A stretch of 64,000 nt of DNA from contig QWIH01000009.1 of NCBI GenBank assembly GCA_021405315.1, forward strand, positions 7,059-71,058, in the 5' to 3' direction. This document shows, in pieces, positions 47,279 through 56,291 of the stretch (position 1 is the stretch's first letter; each line of letters starts with the position of its first letter). The DNA is from Leptolyngbya sp. PLA1. GTDB taxonomy: Bacteria > Planctomycetota > Phycisphaerae > Phycisphaerales > UBA1924. The position numbers and the translations under genes are program-made. A model generated the notes under the pieces. It was not told where the DNA came from, searched no databases, and saw only the letters and a list, made by a program, of their open reading frames with translations.

Positions 47279-47737
47279 ATGGAAGAGCCGGTTGACAGCC
47301 TGAATGCCCCGCTCGCGGCCCGCGTGACCCCGTACCGATGGGGCTTGGCCGGCGTGGGTGTGTGCTGCTTCGCGTTGGGCGGCGTCGGCGCGGTCACACC
47401 CCTGCTGCCGACCACCATTTTCCTGCTCATCGGTTCGTTCTGCCTCATCCGGAGCTGCCCAAAGCTGGAGGACTGGTTCTTCCAGCGGCGGCTGTTCGCC
47501 AGATATGCCGGATTCATCCGCTCCAAGGAGCCGATGCCGGCGGTGGTCCGCCGAACCGCACTGGCCATGATGTGGCTTTCGCTGTCGGTGTCCGTGGCGA
47601 TCCTTGCGGTCGCGGGCCGGTTGACGCTGGTGATGGGTGCGGTGGCCGCGGCGCTCGGCCTCGGCGGCACCATCGCGATCCTGCTCTTTCGCAGGCCTCC
47701 CCGTGGCGGGGCTCGCCGTTCCGGGCCCGTACACTGA
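47279..47737 (+). CDS. YbaN/DUF454 family inner membrane protein (152 aa)
   Basis: LGGVGAVTPLLPTTIFLL....C..RSCP. Confidence 0.88.
   Translation: MEEPVDSLNAPLAARVTPYRWGLAGVGVCCFALGGVGAVTPLLPTTIFLLIGSFCLIRSCPKLEDWFFQRRLFARYAGFIRSKEPMPAVVRRTALAMMWLSLSVSVAILAVAGRLTLVMGAVAAALGLGGTIAILLFRRPPRGGARRSGPVH
47730..47735 (+). promoter_or_regulatory. -10-like hexamer TACACT 6 nt before lipoprotein ATG 47742
   Basis: TANNNT embedded in the last codons of ybaN; no SD. Confidence 0.5.
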
Positions 47738-47741
47738 CGGC

Positions 47742-49211
47742 ATGAACGAACTTCGCCGGGTGTCCGTTGCGATCATTGGTCTCGCTTGGCTCGGCGCGCT
47801 GCTCGCGGGGTGTGCCGGGCCGCAGGGCAACGCCCTCGAGCACATGCAGAGCCGGGGCAGCGCGCCGCGCTCGCGGATCGATGCGATCCCCCTTGCGAAG
47901 GCCCAGGCGGGGAGCAGCGAAGCGGCGGTGGCCGGGTGGCGGACGGCGCTCGCGCGCCTTGCGTGGGACACGACGGAGGTGCCGTCGGTAAGGGCGGCGG
48001 CGATCAAGACGATCTTCGCGGAGCCGGAGAGCGAGTTCAGATCGGTCTGCCGGGAGACCGCGATGCGCGTGCTGCCGAAGGAGAGCTCACGCGAGGTTGT
48101 GCTCGCGCTCTGCGAGGTGGCCTCATCTCAGGGCTGGACGGACTTCGGCCCCGCGATCGTGAGGTCGTACTCGCGCAAGGTCCCGATGGTGCCCGAGGAA
48201 AAGGACCGCGCGGAACGTGCGGCGCTGGTCGCGCTCTTCCCGGGCCAGAGCGTGGAGGAGACGGCGTTCGGGGTGTTTCTGACCGGAGGCCCGATCGACA
48301 CCACGTCCACGGATCGGACCCGGCTGGATGCGTGGGATTTGCTGGCACGGCTCGATCCGTCCGGGGCGACGCACCGGAGGTTGATCGAGGGTGCATCTGT
48401 GGACGACGCGGATATCAGAGTCCTGAGGGCGGGGATGACCGACCTGCGGGCCGTTGCGCTCAGCGGAGAGCAGTTGCTCTGGCTCAAGCGACTGCGCGGG
48501 CCCGAGAATGCCGCGTGGTGGCAGGAGGTCAGCTCGGTGATCGCGGGGTTTGCCGACCCGGCCCCTCTGGGTCTGCGGCACGCGGAGCACCTGCGCTGGA
48601 CCGCCGCCAACCGGCCGGAGCGGCTGACGCAGACGCGCGAGGCGCTGCTGGCGGAGCTGTCGGGGAGGATCGCGGGTCGGCAACACTTCGAGCGCACCGC
48701 GGAGGCACAGAACACCAGGCCCCGCGAGGCGCTGAGCCAGGTCGGGCCGCGGCTTTCACGGGCGGACCTGATCAGCATCCTCGCGCTCGACGACGCCCTG
48801 CAGGCGCCCGGGCTCGGCGTGCACCTGTGCGAGCAGGTGAGGCTCGACCGGAAGGACCAGACAACGGAGTACGGCGGGCTGGTGCGGCTGGAGGCGAACG
48901 GTCCGCGGACCGACGCCGCGTGGGCGCTGTTCCCTCCCCGGCCCGGGGAGAGGCAAGGGGACAACCGTTTCATCGCGTCGCCGGACATGATCGTGCGGAG
49001 CGACACCGCCGCCGCCCATTTCCACTTCCACGGGCAGACCTGGCGGAATCACGACCTCGCGGGTCCGAGCCCGGCGGACCTCGAGTACGCCGCCAGATTC
49101 GGACGGGCGTGTCTGGTAATGACGACCGTTGGTGAGTGCGTGCTCTCGGTAGACTATTACCAGCCCGATGGGGTGGTTGTGGACCTCGGGACGATCTCAG
49201 GCGTCAAATGA
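47742..49211 (+). CDS. Lipoprotein (489 aa) with helical N-terminal region and C-terminal JAB/MPN-like metal motif
   Basis: Lipobox LLAG-C; TEYGGLV ... HFHFH-x-GPSPAD. Confidence 0.7.
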   Translation: MNELRRVSVAIIGLAWLGALLAGCAGPQGNALEHMQSRGSAPRSRIDAIPLAKAQAGSSEAAVAGWRTALARLAWDTTEVPSVRAAAIKTIFAEPESEFRSVCRETAMRVLPKESSREVVLALCEVASSQGWTDFGPAIVRSYSRKVPMVPEEKDRAERAALVALFPGQSVEETAFGVFLTGGPIDTTSTDRTRLDAWDLLARLDPSGATHRRLIEGASVDDADIRVLRAGMTDLRAVALSGEQLLWLKRLRGPENAAWWQEVSSVIAGFADPAPLGLRHAEHLRWTAANRPERLTQTREALLAELSGRIAGRQHFERTAEAQNTRPREALSQVGPRLSRADLISILALDDALQAPGLGVHLCEQVRLDRKDQTTEYGGLVRLEANGPRTDAAWALFPPRPGERQGDNRFIASPDMIVRSDTAAAHFHFHGQTWRNHDLAGPSPADLEYAARFGRACLVMTTVGECVLSVDYYQPDGVVVDLGTISGVK

Positions 49212-49355
49212 GCGGCTGCCCGTCACGGGCGGCTCGCGGGACGAATCCCGCGTTCATGCCGGTGCAATAGACGGGCGGGGCGGGCGTTTGACTGGTGAAA
49301 CGAAGGGCGCGGAGAGTCCGCGCATGAACGATCGAACTCAGGAAAGGCGACAATC

Positions 49356-50654
49356 ATGCTGACCAAGTTTCTGGGCGGATTCTCTCGGATGGCGGCCGCG
49401 CTCGCCCTCGTTGCCGGGCTTGCGCTGGTGGCGTCTGACGCCCTGGCTCAGCCGGGCGCGGGCGGCGGGGGCGGACCCGGTGGGCGGATGGGCGGCGGGC
49501 CGGGCGGCGGCATGGGGGGCCGGATGGGCGACTTCAACGCGCCCGCCATCGAACGCCGCAACATGGACAAGTACGCGAGCGTGCTCGCGCTGACGCCCGA
49601 CCAGAAGGAGGTCGCGGAGTCGCTGCTCGAGGGCTACGAGCAGCAGACGCGTGAGCTGCGCGAGTCGATGCGTGCGAAGATGGAAGAGATCCGCGACAAG
49701 GCCCGCGAGACCGGCGACATGTCGGTCTGGGGCGAGATGCGCGAGATCGGCGAGAAGGCTCAGGCCGACCGCAAGAAGCTCGACGCGTCGCTGATGACGG
49801 ACCTGAGGAGCATCCTCTCCCCCGAGCAGGAGGCACGCTGGCCCGTCTTCGAGCGTGCGCAGCGGCGCGACCAGAGCCTCCGTCGAGGGTTCGTGAGCGG
49901 CGAGCGTGTCAACCTCTTCGAACTTGTCGAGCGAGCGGAGCTCGAGCCCGCGCAGAAGCAGGCGCTGGACCCCCTCCTGGGCGAGTACGACGTCGAGCTG
50001 GATCGCGCCCTTCAGGCCCGCAACGCTGCGTACGAGGCCGCGTTTGGTCAGTTCGGGCGCATGTTCGGCGGCGAGGGCGGGCCCGATATGGAGAAGGCGC
50101 AGGAGGCGATGGACAAGGGGCGTGAGGCGGCGTTCCGGGTTCGCGACGTGAACCGGCGCTTCGCCCGGCAGATCGGCGAGGCGCTTCCCGAGGACAAGCG
50201 GGCGGGCTTTGAGAGCGCGTTCCTCCGAGAGAGCTTCCCCGAGGTCTACCGGCCGACACAGGCGAGCCGATCGATCGAGGCGGCGCTGGGCCTGGCAGAC
50301 CTGACCACCGAGCAGAAGGAGAGCGTGAGCGCCCTGCGGGAACGCTACACGCGCTCGCTCGAGACCGCCAACGCCAAGATGCGCGAGGCCATCGAGAAGC
50401 AGGAGAGCGAGGCGACGATCGCGGGCATGATGCAGAGGTTCGGCCGGGGTGGACAGGGCGAGGACCCGATGGCCGACATCCGACGCGAGCGCCGCGAGCT
50501 GGGCGACAGCACGGTGGAGTCCCTCAAGAAGATCCTGACCCCTGAGCAGGCGGAGCGGCTCCCGACTGCGGAAGACCGGGGAGGCCAGAATCGCGGGGGT
50601 GAAGATGCACCCGCGCCCCGCCGCCGCAACCGCCCGGCGCAGGACCCCACCTGA
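49356..50654 (+). CDS. Secreted Spy/CpxP-like (LTxxQ-repeat) helical protein, paralog 1 (432 aa)
   Basis: Signal peptide ALA-Q; LTPDQ, LSPEQ, LTTEQ, LTPEQ; Met/Glu/Arg-rich. Confidence 0.72.
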   Translation: MLTKFLGGFSRMAAALALVAGLALVASDALAQPGAGGGGGPGGRMGGGPGGGMGGRMGDFNAPAIERRNMDKYASVLALTPDQKEVAESLLEGYEQQTRELRESMRAKMEEIRDKARETGDMSVWGEMREIGEKAQADRKKLDASLMTDLRSILSPEQEARWPVFERAQRRDQSLRRGFVSGERVNLFELVERAELEPAQKQALDPLLGEYDVELDRALQARNAAYEAAFGQFGRMFGGEGGPDMEKAQEAMDKGREAAFRVRDVNRRFARQIGEALPEDKRAGFESAFLRESFPEVYRPTQASRSIEAALGLADLTTEQKESVSALRERYTRSLETANAKMREAIEKQESEATIAGMMQRFGRGGQGEDPMADIRRERRELGDSTVESLKKILTPEQAERLPTAEDRGGQNRGGEDAPAPRRRNRPAQDPT

Positions 50655-50784
50655 GGCCCTTCGGGCTTCTGACGGGTTCTGCCGGGTCGGACATCTAGAG
50701 TGAGCACAGCCAGCGCCCCGGCGTCAGACACCCGGGGCGTTGTGCTGCGCCGGTCGTGCCGGCGAGATCAACCGGAGCTCTGCC

Positions 50785-52044
50785 ATGAAGAACAGTCACG
50801 GTGTTCGGATCGGGGTTGGCCTGACCGCGATGGTGCTGATGGTGCTCGCCGGAGCGCCGGAGCGGGCGGCGGCGCAGCAGACGATGTCCGTGCGGGCGAC
50901 GAGCCCATTGGGGGGTCGGGGTGGGGGCCAGGTGACGAGGCGGAGCATGGAGCGCTACGCGGACATTCTGGGCCTTGACCAGACTCAGCGCGAAACCGCG
51001 ATGGCCATTTTCGAGGGGTACAGCGCGACCTGCGACCAGGCTCGCAAGGCGCAGCGGGACGCCATGGAGGAACTCCGGCGGAGCGCGGAGGACACGGGCG
51101 ACCACGGCGTCTTCATGGAGAAGATGCCCGCGATCCAGAAGAAGAGCCGAGAGGCGACCCAGGGCGCGGAGAAGTCCCTCTTCGCCGACCTGAGGTCTCT
51201 CCTCACGAGCGAGCAGGAGGCGCGTTGGGCCCGCGTCGAGCGGATGCGCCGGCGCGAAACCGGGCTGAGGGGCGGGCTGAGCGGGGAGAGCCTGGACCTC
51301 GCGGACGTGGTGCACACCATGAAGCTGCCCGCCGAGCCGGCCCAGCTCGTGGCGCCGATGATCGAGGACTACGAGTCCGCGATGGACGTGCACCTCAGGG
51401 CGAAGGAAGCGGCCCAGTCGGAGGCGCCCGCCTTCGAGCCCGGGAAGCCGATGGACGTCGAGGCGATGCAGAAGCAGATGGAGGCCTCGCGCCAGATGGG
51501 TGAGAAGATCGTGCAGCTCAACGCGACGGCGGCGGAGAAGATCAAGGCCGCGCTCCCCGAGGATCTTCAGCAGAAGTTCGCGGACGAGGTGAGGCGTCGT
51601 TCGTTCCCGACGGTGTACCGGGAGAGCCGCGTGGCGAAGGACCTCGACGCGGCGCTGGGCCTTGGCGATCTCGACGAGTCCCAGCGGGAGCGGCTGAAGG
51701 AGATCAAGGCCGCGTACGCGCGAGAGATCGGCCCGCTGAACGATCGCTGGGCGGACGCGATCCGGGAGGCCGAGCGGAGCGGTCAGGAGGGGGGAATGGC
51801 CCTGGGCGGGGGCGGGTTCATCTCCATGCGAATGGGCGAGGAGCCCGAGGCGCTGCGCGAGGCCCGAAAGGCGCGGCGCGAGATGGACGAGAAGGCCCGC
51901 GAAAGGCTGAAGTCTGTTCTCAGGCCTGAGCAGCAGGAGAAGCTGCCCAAGGCTTCCCCCGGCGGCGACGAGGAGATGGGCGACGGGGAGCCCAAGATGA
52001 TGTTCGTGGTCGAGGAACGCTCCGACGCCCCGCCTCCCAAGTAG
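50785..52044 (+). CDS. Secreted Spy/CpxP-like helical protein, paralog 2 (419 aa)
   Basis: Signal peptide AAA-Q; LDQTQ, LTSEQ, LDESQ, LRPEQ; shares DLRSLL..EQ.A.W..VER.RRR and FP.VYR blocks with neighbours. Confidence 0.72.
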   Translation: MKNSHGVRIGVGLTAMVLMVLAGAPERAAAQQTMSVRATSPLGGRGGGQVTRRSMERYADILGLDQTQRETAMAIFEGYSATCDQARKAQRDAMEELRRSAEDTGDHGVFMEKMPAIQKKSREATQGAEKSLFADLRSLLTSEQEARWARVERMRRRETGLRGGLSGESLDLADVVHTMKLPAEPAQLVAPMIEDYESAMDVHLRAKEAAQSEAPAFEPGKPMDVEAMQKQMEASRQMGEKIVQLNATAAEKIKAALPEDLQQKFADEVRRRSFPTVYRESRVAKDLDAALGLGDLDESQRERLKEIKAAYAREIGPLNDRWADAIREAERSGQEGGMALGGGGFISMRMGEEPEALREARKARREMDEKARERLKSVLRPEQQEKLPKASPGGDEEMGDGEPKMMFVVEERSDAPPPK

Positions 52045-52139
52045 TGCAACATCGCGGGAGCCGGGGTGTATAGAGAGCGGAGGCGGCGGGGGTCGTACAC
52101 TCCGGCGGGTCGGGTTCGTTGCAATGAAAGGGGTTGCGC

Positions 52140-53381
52140 ATGTGGAGCCGCGTGAAGAAGGCCGGCCGCGTGGTGCTGGCGGTGCTTTCGCTTGGTGTCG
52201 CCGTGCATGTCGGGGGTCCGGAGGCCCGCGCGCAGGGGTTTGGCGGGCCCGACATGATGGGGATGATGTCCATCAGCAAGCGGTCGCTGGACTCGTACGC
52301 GGCGAAGCTGAAGTTCACCCCGGAGCAGGCCGAGGCGCTCAAGGCGCTGCACGAGGGCTATCGGTCGGAGGCGAAGAAGGCCGCCGACGAGTTCGGCAAG
52401 GCGCAGCGGGAGGCGATGCGAGAGGCGCAGGAGGAGCAGGACTGGGGCGCCATGGGCAAGGTCATGGCCCAGGAGGGCGCGAAACTGCAGGAGCGGATGC
52501 AGGCGGCGGAGAAGCAGTTCCTCGATGACTTCCGGTCGCTGTGCACGGAGGATCAGGCCGCGAAGTGGCCGTCCGTGGAGCGGGCCCGGCGTCGTGACCA
52601 GTTCATGCGCGTCGGCATGGTGAGCGGCGCCGGGGTGGACGTGCTGGCGGCGGCCGACCGGACAAAGACGGCCATGACCGGCAACGAGGCGTACGACGCC
52701 GTCGCCGATCAGTACGAGCTTGAGATCGACCGCAAGCTCACGGAGTTCAAGCGGGTCCAGGAGGAGATGCAGGCGGCCCAGATGAAGCAGGCGGAGGAGG
52801 GCTTTGACTTCAGCAAGATGCAGGAGATGATGGCCAAGGCCCAGGAGATGCTCAAGCCGATCGTCGAGATCTCCACGTCCCTCCGGGACACCAACCGCGA
52901 GTACGCCCGCAAGCTGGCTGACCTCATGCCCGAGGCGGACCGGGCCAAGTTCAACGCCGAGATCGAACTGCGGACGCACCCGCGGGTCTACCGCGTATCC
53001 CACACTGCCAAGTCCCTGGATGCCGCGCTCAAGCTGAAGGACCTCACCCCCGAGCAGACGGAGCAGGTCCGTGGGCTCCGCGATTCCTACGCCGCGGACG
53101 CCCGAGGGCTCAACGCCCGCTGGGCGAGCGCGATCGAGGAGCAGGAAGCCAAGAACGGCGGTACGTTCGGCGTGATGACCATGGGATTCATGGGGGGTGG
53201 CAACGAGGGCGAAGACCCCGTCCGCGACGCCCGCAAGGCGCGGCGCGATCTGGACAAGCAGGTCCTTGAACGCCTCAAGGGGGTGCTCACAGAGGCACAG
53301 CGCGAGCAACTGCCTGCTCGCGACGAGGAGCCGTTCAACCCCATGGCGGACTTCATGGTCATCGAGCCGGACGCAGAATGA
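52140..53381 (+). CDS. Secreted Spy/CpxP-like helical protein, paralog 3 (413 aa)
   Basis: Signal peptide ARA-Q; FTPEQ, CTEDQ, LTPEQ, LTEAQ; same shared blocks. Confidence 0.72.
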   Translation: MWSRVKKAGRVVLAVLSLGVAVHVGGPEARAQGFGGPDMMGMMSISKRSLDSYAAKLKFTPEQAEALKALHEGYRSEAKKAADEFGKAQREAMREAQEEQDWGAMGKVMAQEGAKLQERMQAAEKQFLDDFRSLCTEDQAAKWPSVERARRRDQFMRVGMVSGAGVDVLAAADRTKTAMTGNEAYDAVADQYELEIDRKLTEFKRVQEEMQAAQMKQAEEGFDFSKMQEMMAKAQEMLKPIVEISTSLRDTNREYARKLADLMPEADRAKFNAEIELRTHPRVYRVSHTAKSLDAALKLKDLTPEQTEQVRGLRDSYAADARGLNARWASAIEEQEAKNGGTFGVMTMGFMGGGNEGEDPVRDARKARRDLDKQVLERLKGVLTEAQREQLPARDEEPFNPMADFMVIEPDAE

Positions 53382-53448
53382 CCGAGAATCACGGCAAGGA
53401 ACGTGCGGCTGCGGCGTTCGGCGCGTGCGGCAAGGAGATGTAGGACGC

Positions 53449-55029
53449 ATGATCGAGACCCGCCAGGAACCCCGGGCGCCCGACGCGGGGCCACCGACGC
53501 TCGCCAAGAAGCCCGACATCGATCTGGCGGTCGCCACTCTCATCGCGCCGGAGCACGCGGTGCGTCTGCGGGCGATCCCTTTCGCGAGGGAGGCCGGCCG
53601 GGTGCGCATCGCCATGCTCGACCCGGCGGACCTTGCCGCGTCTGATGAACTCGCGGTGCTCTGCTCGGCGCCGGTCTCGCGCATCGGGGCGACGCGGGAT
53701 GTCTTCGCCGAGATGCTCCGCGAGGGGTATGGGATCACGGCGGCGCAGATGGCCGCACGACTCGGCGGCGGGGCCGGCGACGATGAACTCGCGAGCAACC
53801 TCGAAGCGATCGAGGCGGATGACCTGCATCGGATGGCCGAGCAGCCCAGCCTGATCAACCTCGTCAATCTGATCATCCTGGAGGGCATCCGCGCCCGCGC
53901 GAGCGATGTGCACCTCGAACCGTTCGAGAAGAAGCTCGCGGTCAAGTATCGAATCGACGGCATGCTGGTGGAGCAGGAGCCGCCGCCGAAGCAGCTCCAG
54001 CCGGCCATCACCAGCCGCGTGAAGATCATGGCGGGGATGAACATCGCCGAGCGGTTTGCGCCGCAGGACGGGCATATCTCGCTCCGGTTCGAGGGGCGCA
54101 AGATCGACATCCGCGTGTCGACGGTCCCCACGCTGTACGGCGAGAGCGTGGTGATGCGAATCCTGGACAAGGAAGCGATCCAGCTCGATCTGCAGGCACT
54201 CGGCATGGGCCAGGCGGACCGGGACGGGATGCAGAAGCTGATCGACCTGCCCCACGGCATGGTGCTGGTGACGGGGCCGACGGGGAGCGGCAAGACGACG
54301 ACTCTCTACGCGGCGCTCACCAAGCTCTACGACCCGTCGCTGAAGATCATCACGATCGAGGACCCGGTGGAGTACGAGCTCTCGGGCGTGAACCAGATCC
54401 CGGTGAACCCCAAGCGTGGCGTGTCGTTCGCCGACGGGCTGCGGAGCATCCTCCGTCAGGACCCGGATGTGATCATGGTCGGCGAGATTCGCGACTACGA
54501 AACCGCCGAGATCAGCGTGCGGGCCGCCCTGACGGGCCACCTGCTCTTCAGCACGCTCCACACGAACAACGCGATCTCCGCCGCGGGACGCCTGATGGAC
54601 ATGGGCGTGGAGCCCTTCCTGCTGAGCAGCGTGCTCGAGGGCGTGCTGGCGCAGCGGCTGGGGCGGCGGTTGTGCCAGACGTGCAAGAAGCGGGCCCCCA
54701 TCGCGGAGGCGCTGGCCCACCGGCTCGCCCCGGCGGAGGCCGCCATGTTCCCGGGCGGGCAGGGGTTCGTCGGGGCGGGGTGCGAGGCGTGCGGCGGGCG
54801 CGGGATGAAGGGCCGGGTCGGGTTCTTTGAGCTCATCCTCACCACGCCGGCCATGCGTTCGGGTATCTCCTCGCGCATGGGGATGCAGGAACTGGCGCGC
54901 ACCGCGCCGTTCACCACGATGCGGCGCGACGGAATCCTGAAGGCGGCGGCCGGGTTCACGACGGTGGACGAGGTGCTCCGCGCCACGCAGGACGCCGAGG
55001 AAGCCGTGGACGCCGGGAGGGCGGGCTGA
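53449..55029 (+). CDS. gspE: Type II secretion ATPase GspE/PulE (526 aa)
   Basis: RASDVHLEP, GPTGSGKTTT, IITIEDPVE, LRQDPDVIMVGEIRD, TGHL..STLH, CxxC...CxxC. Confidence 0.95.
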   Translation: MIETRQEPRAPDAGPPTLAKKPDIDLAVATLIAPEHAVRLRAIPFAREAGRVRIAMLDPADLAASDELAVLCSAPVSRIGATRDVFAEMLREGYGITAAQMAARLGGGAGDDELASNLEAIEADDLHRMAEQPSLINLVNLIILEGIRARASDVHLEPFEKKLAVKYRIDGMLVEQEPPPKQLQPAITSRVKIMAGMNIAERFAPQDGHISLRFEGRKIDIRVSTVPTLYGESVVMRILDKEAIQLDLQALGMGQADRDGMQKLIDLPHGMVLVTGPTGSGKTTTLYAALTKLYDPSLKIITIEDPVEYELSGVNQIPVNPKRGVSFADGLRSILRQDPDVIMVGEIRDYETAEISVRAALTGHLLFSTLHTNNAISAAGRLMDMGVEPFLLSSVLEGVLAQRLGRRLCQTCKKRAPIAEALAHRLAPAEAAMFPGGQGFVGAGCEACGGRGMKGRVGFFELILTTPAMRSGISSRMGMQELARTAPFTTMRRDGILKAAAGFTTVDEVLRATQDAEEAVDAGRAG

Positions 55030-55032
55030 CCT

Positions 55033-56262
55033 ATGGCGAGTTTCGTCTACCGAACCGCCGCCATGGGCGCACGAGCCGCCGGAGCGACGATCGAGGCCCC
55101 CGACCGGGCCGCGGCGGTCCGCGAACTGGTCCGCCGGGGGGAGACTCCCCTCTCGGTCGATCCGGTCACGCAGCCGGGTGCGGCCGAGGTTCCCGGGGCG
55201 GTGTCGCGCTCGTGGCTGCCGGTGATGTCGCGCGTTGAGATGGCCTCGATGATCCGCGAGCTGTCGGTCGCGCTCACGGCGGGGCTGCCTCTGGTGCAGG
55301 CGCTCCGGACCATCGCGAGGCAGGGGCGGTCCGCGGGGCAGAAGGAGATGCTGCGATCCGTCATCGAGCAGGTGGAGGCCGGGAAGAGCCTGGCGGACGC
55401 GATGGCGGCGTGGGGAGCGCCGTTCCAGGACCTCACCATCAACCTCACGAGGGCGGGCGAGGCCTCGGGCAAGCTGGCGGAGGTGCTGAGCCACGCGGCG
55501 GAGCTGCTGGACAAGGACGTGAAGCTGCGTCGCTCGCTGCTGGGCGCGACGCTGTACCCGATGATCATCCTGGCGCTGGTGGTCATCGCGATCATCGTGG
55601 TCGTGACGGTGATCGTGCCCGGCATCCTGAAGCAGCTCTCAGGGGCCGCGACCACGCTGCCCTGGCCGACCCAGATCGTGAAGGGCTTTTCCGATTTCTT
55701 CGCGGGGTACTGGTACGTCATCATCCCGGGGGTTCTGGTGGCGGTGCTGGCGGCGCATCGGTACTACCGAACCCCCGAGGGTCGCATGGCTGTGGACGAG
55801 AAGCTGCTGAAGCTCCCGATCATCGGGAGGCTGCTCCGCGACGTCGCGGTCGCGCGGTTCACGCGGACGCTGGGCACGCTGACGAGCTCGGGCGTCCCGA
55901 TCGTGCAGGCGTTGCGGATCACGCGGGGCACACTGGGCAACGTCGCGATGGAGCGCGTCATCGACCAGGTCGTGGAGCAGGTCTCCGCCGGCAAGACCAT
56001 CGCCGATCCCATGGAGCAGAGCGGCTACTTCCCTCCCATGCTCGTGCAGATCGTGAACCTCGGCGAGCGGTCGGGACGGCTCGACGAGATGCTCATGAAC
56101 GCCTCCCGCGCGTTCGAGGAGAAGACCGAGCAGAGCATCAAGCTCTTCACGACCGCGCTCCCGCCCATCCTCGTTGTCATGCTCGCCTGCGTCGTCGGCT
56201 TTGTCGTGCTCGCCATTCTCATGGCGCTGCTTCAGGTCCAGGATGCGGCGATGGCCGGCTGA
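55033..56262 (+). CDS. gspF: Type II secretion inner-membrane platform protein GspF
   Basis: AGLPLVQAL, GEASGKL, ATLYPMII, FTRTLGTL..SGVPI, GERSGRLDEML. Confidence 0.95.
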   Translation: MASFVYRTAAMGARAAGATIEAPDRAAAVRELVRRGETPLSVDPVTQPGAAEVPGAVSRSWLPVMSRVEMASMIRELSVALTAGLPLVQALRTIARQGRSAGQKEMLRSVIEQVEAGKSLADAMAAWGAPFQDLTINLTRAGEASGKLAEVLSHAAELLDKDVKLRRSLLGATLYPMIILALVVIAIIVVVTVIVPGILKQLSGAATTLPWPTQIVKGFSDFFAGYWYVIIPGVLVAVLAAHRYYRTPEGRMAVDEKLLKLPIIGRLLRDVAVARFTRTLGTLTSSGVPIVQALRITRGTLGNVAMERVIDQVVEQVSAGKTIADPMEQSGYFPPMLVQIVNLGERSGRLDEMLMNASRAFEEKTEQSIKLFTTALPPILVVMLACVVGFVVLAILMALLQVQDAAMAG

Positions 56263-56291
56263 GTCTCGATCCTCTTTTTCGGAGTCCTTCC

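Noticed and set aside
49290-49350. Glycine-riboswitch-like words (CGAAGG, GGAGAG, CTCAGG)
   Set aside because: Elements are out of the canonical order (GGAGAG should precede CCGAAG), and the downstream genes are unrelated to glycine metabolism
51783-55494. 836-aa and 701-aa minus-strand ORFs
   Set aside because: Antisense shadows of the Spy-like paralog 3, gspE and gspF
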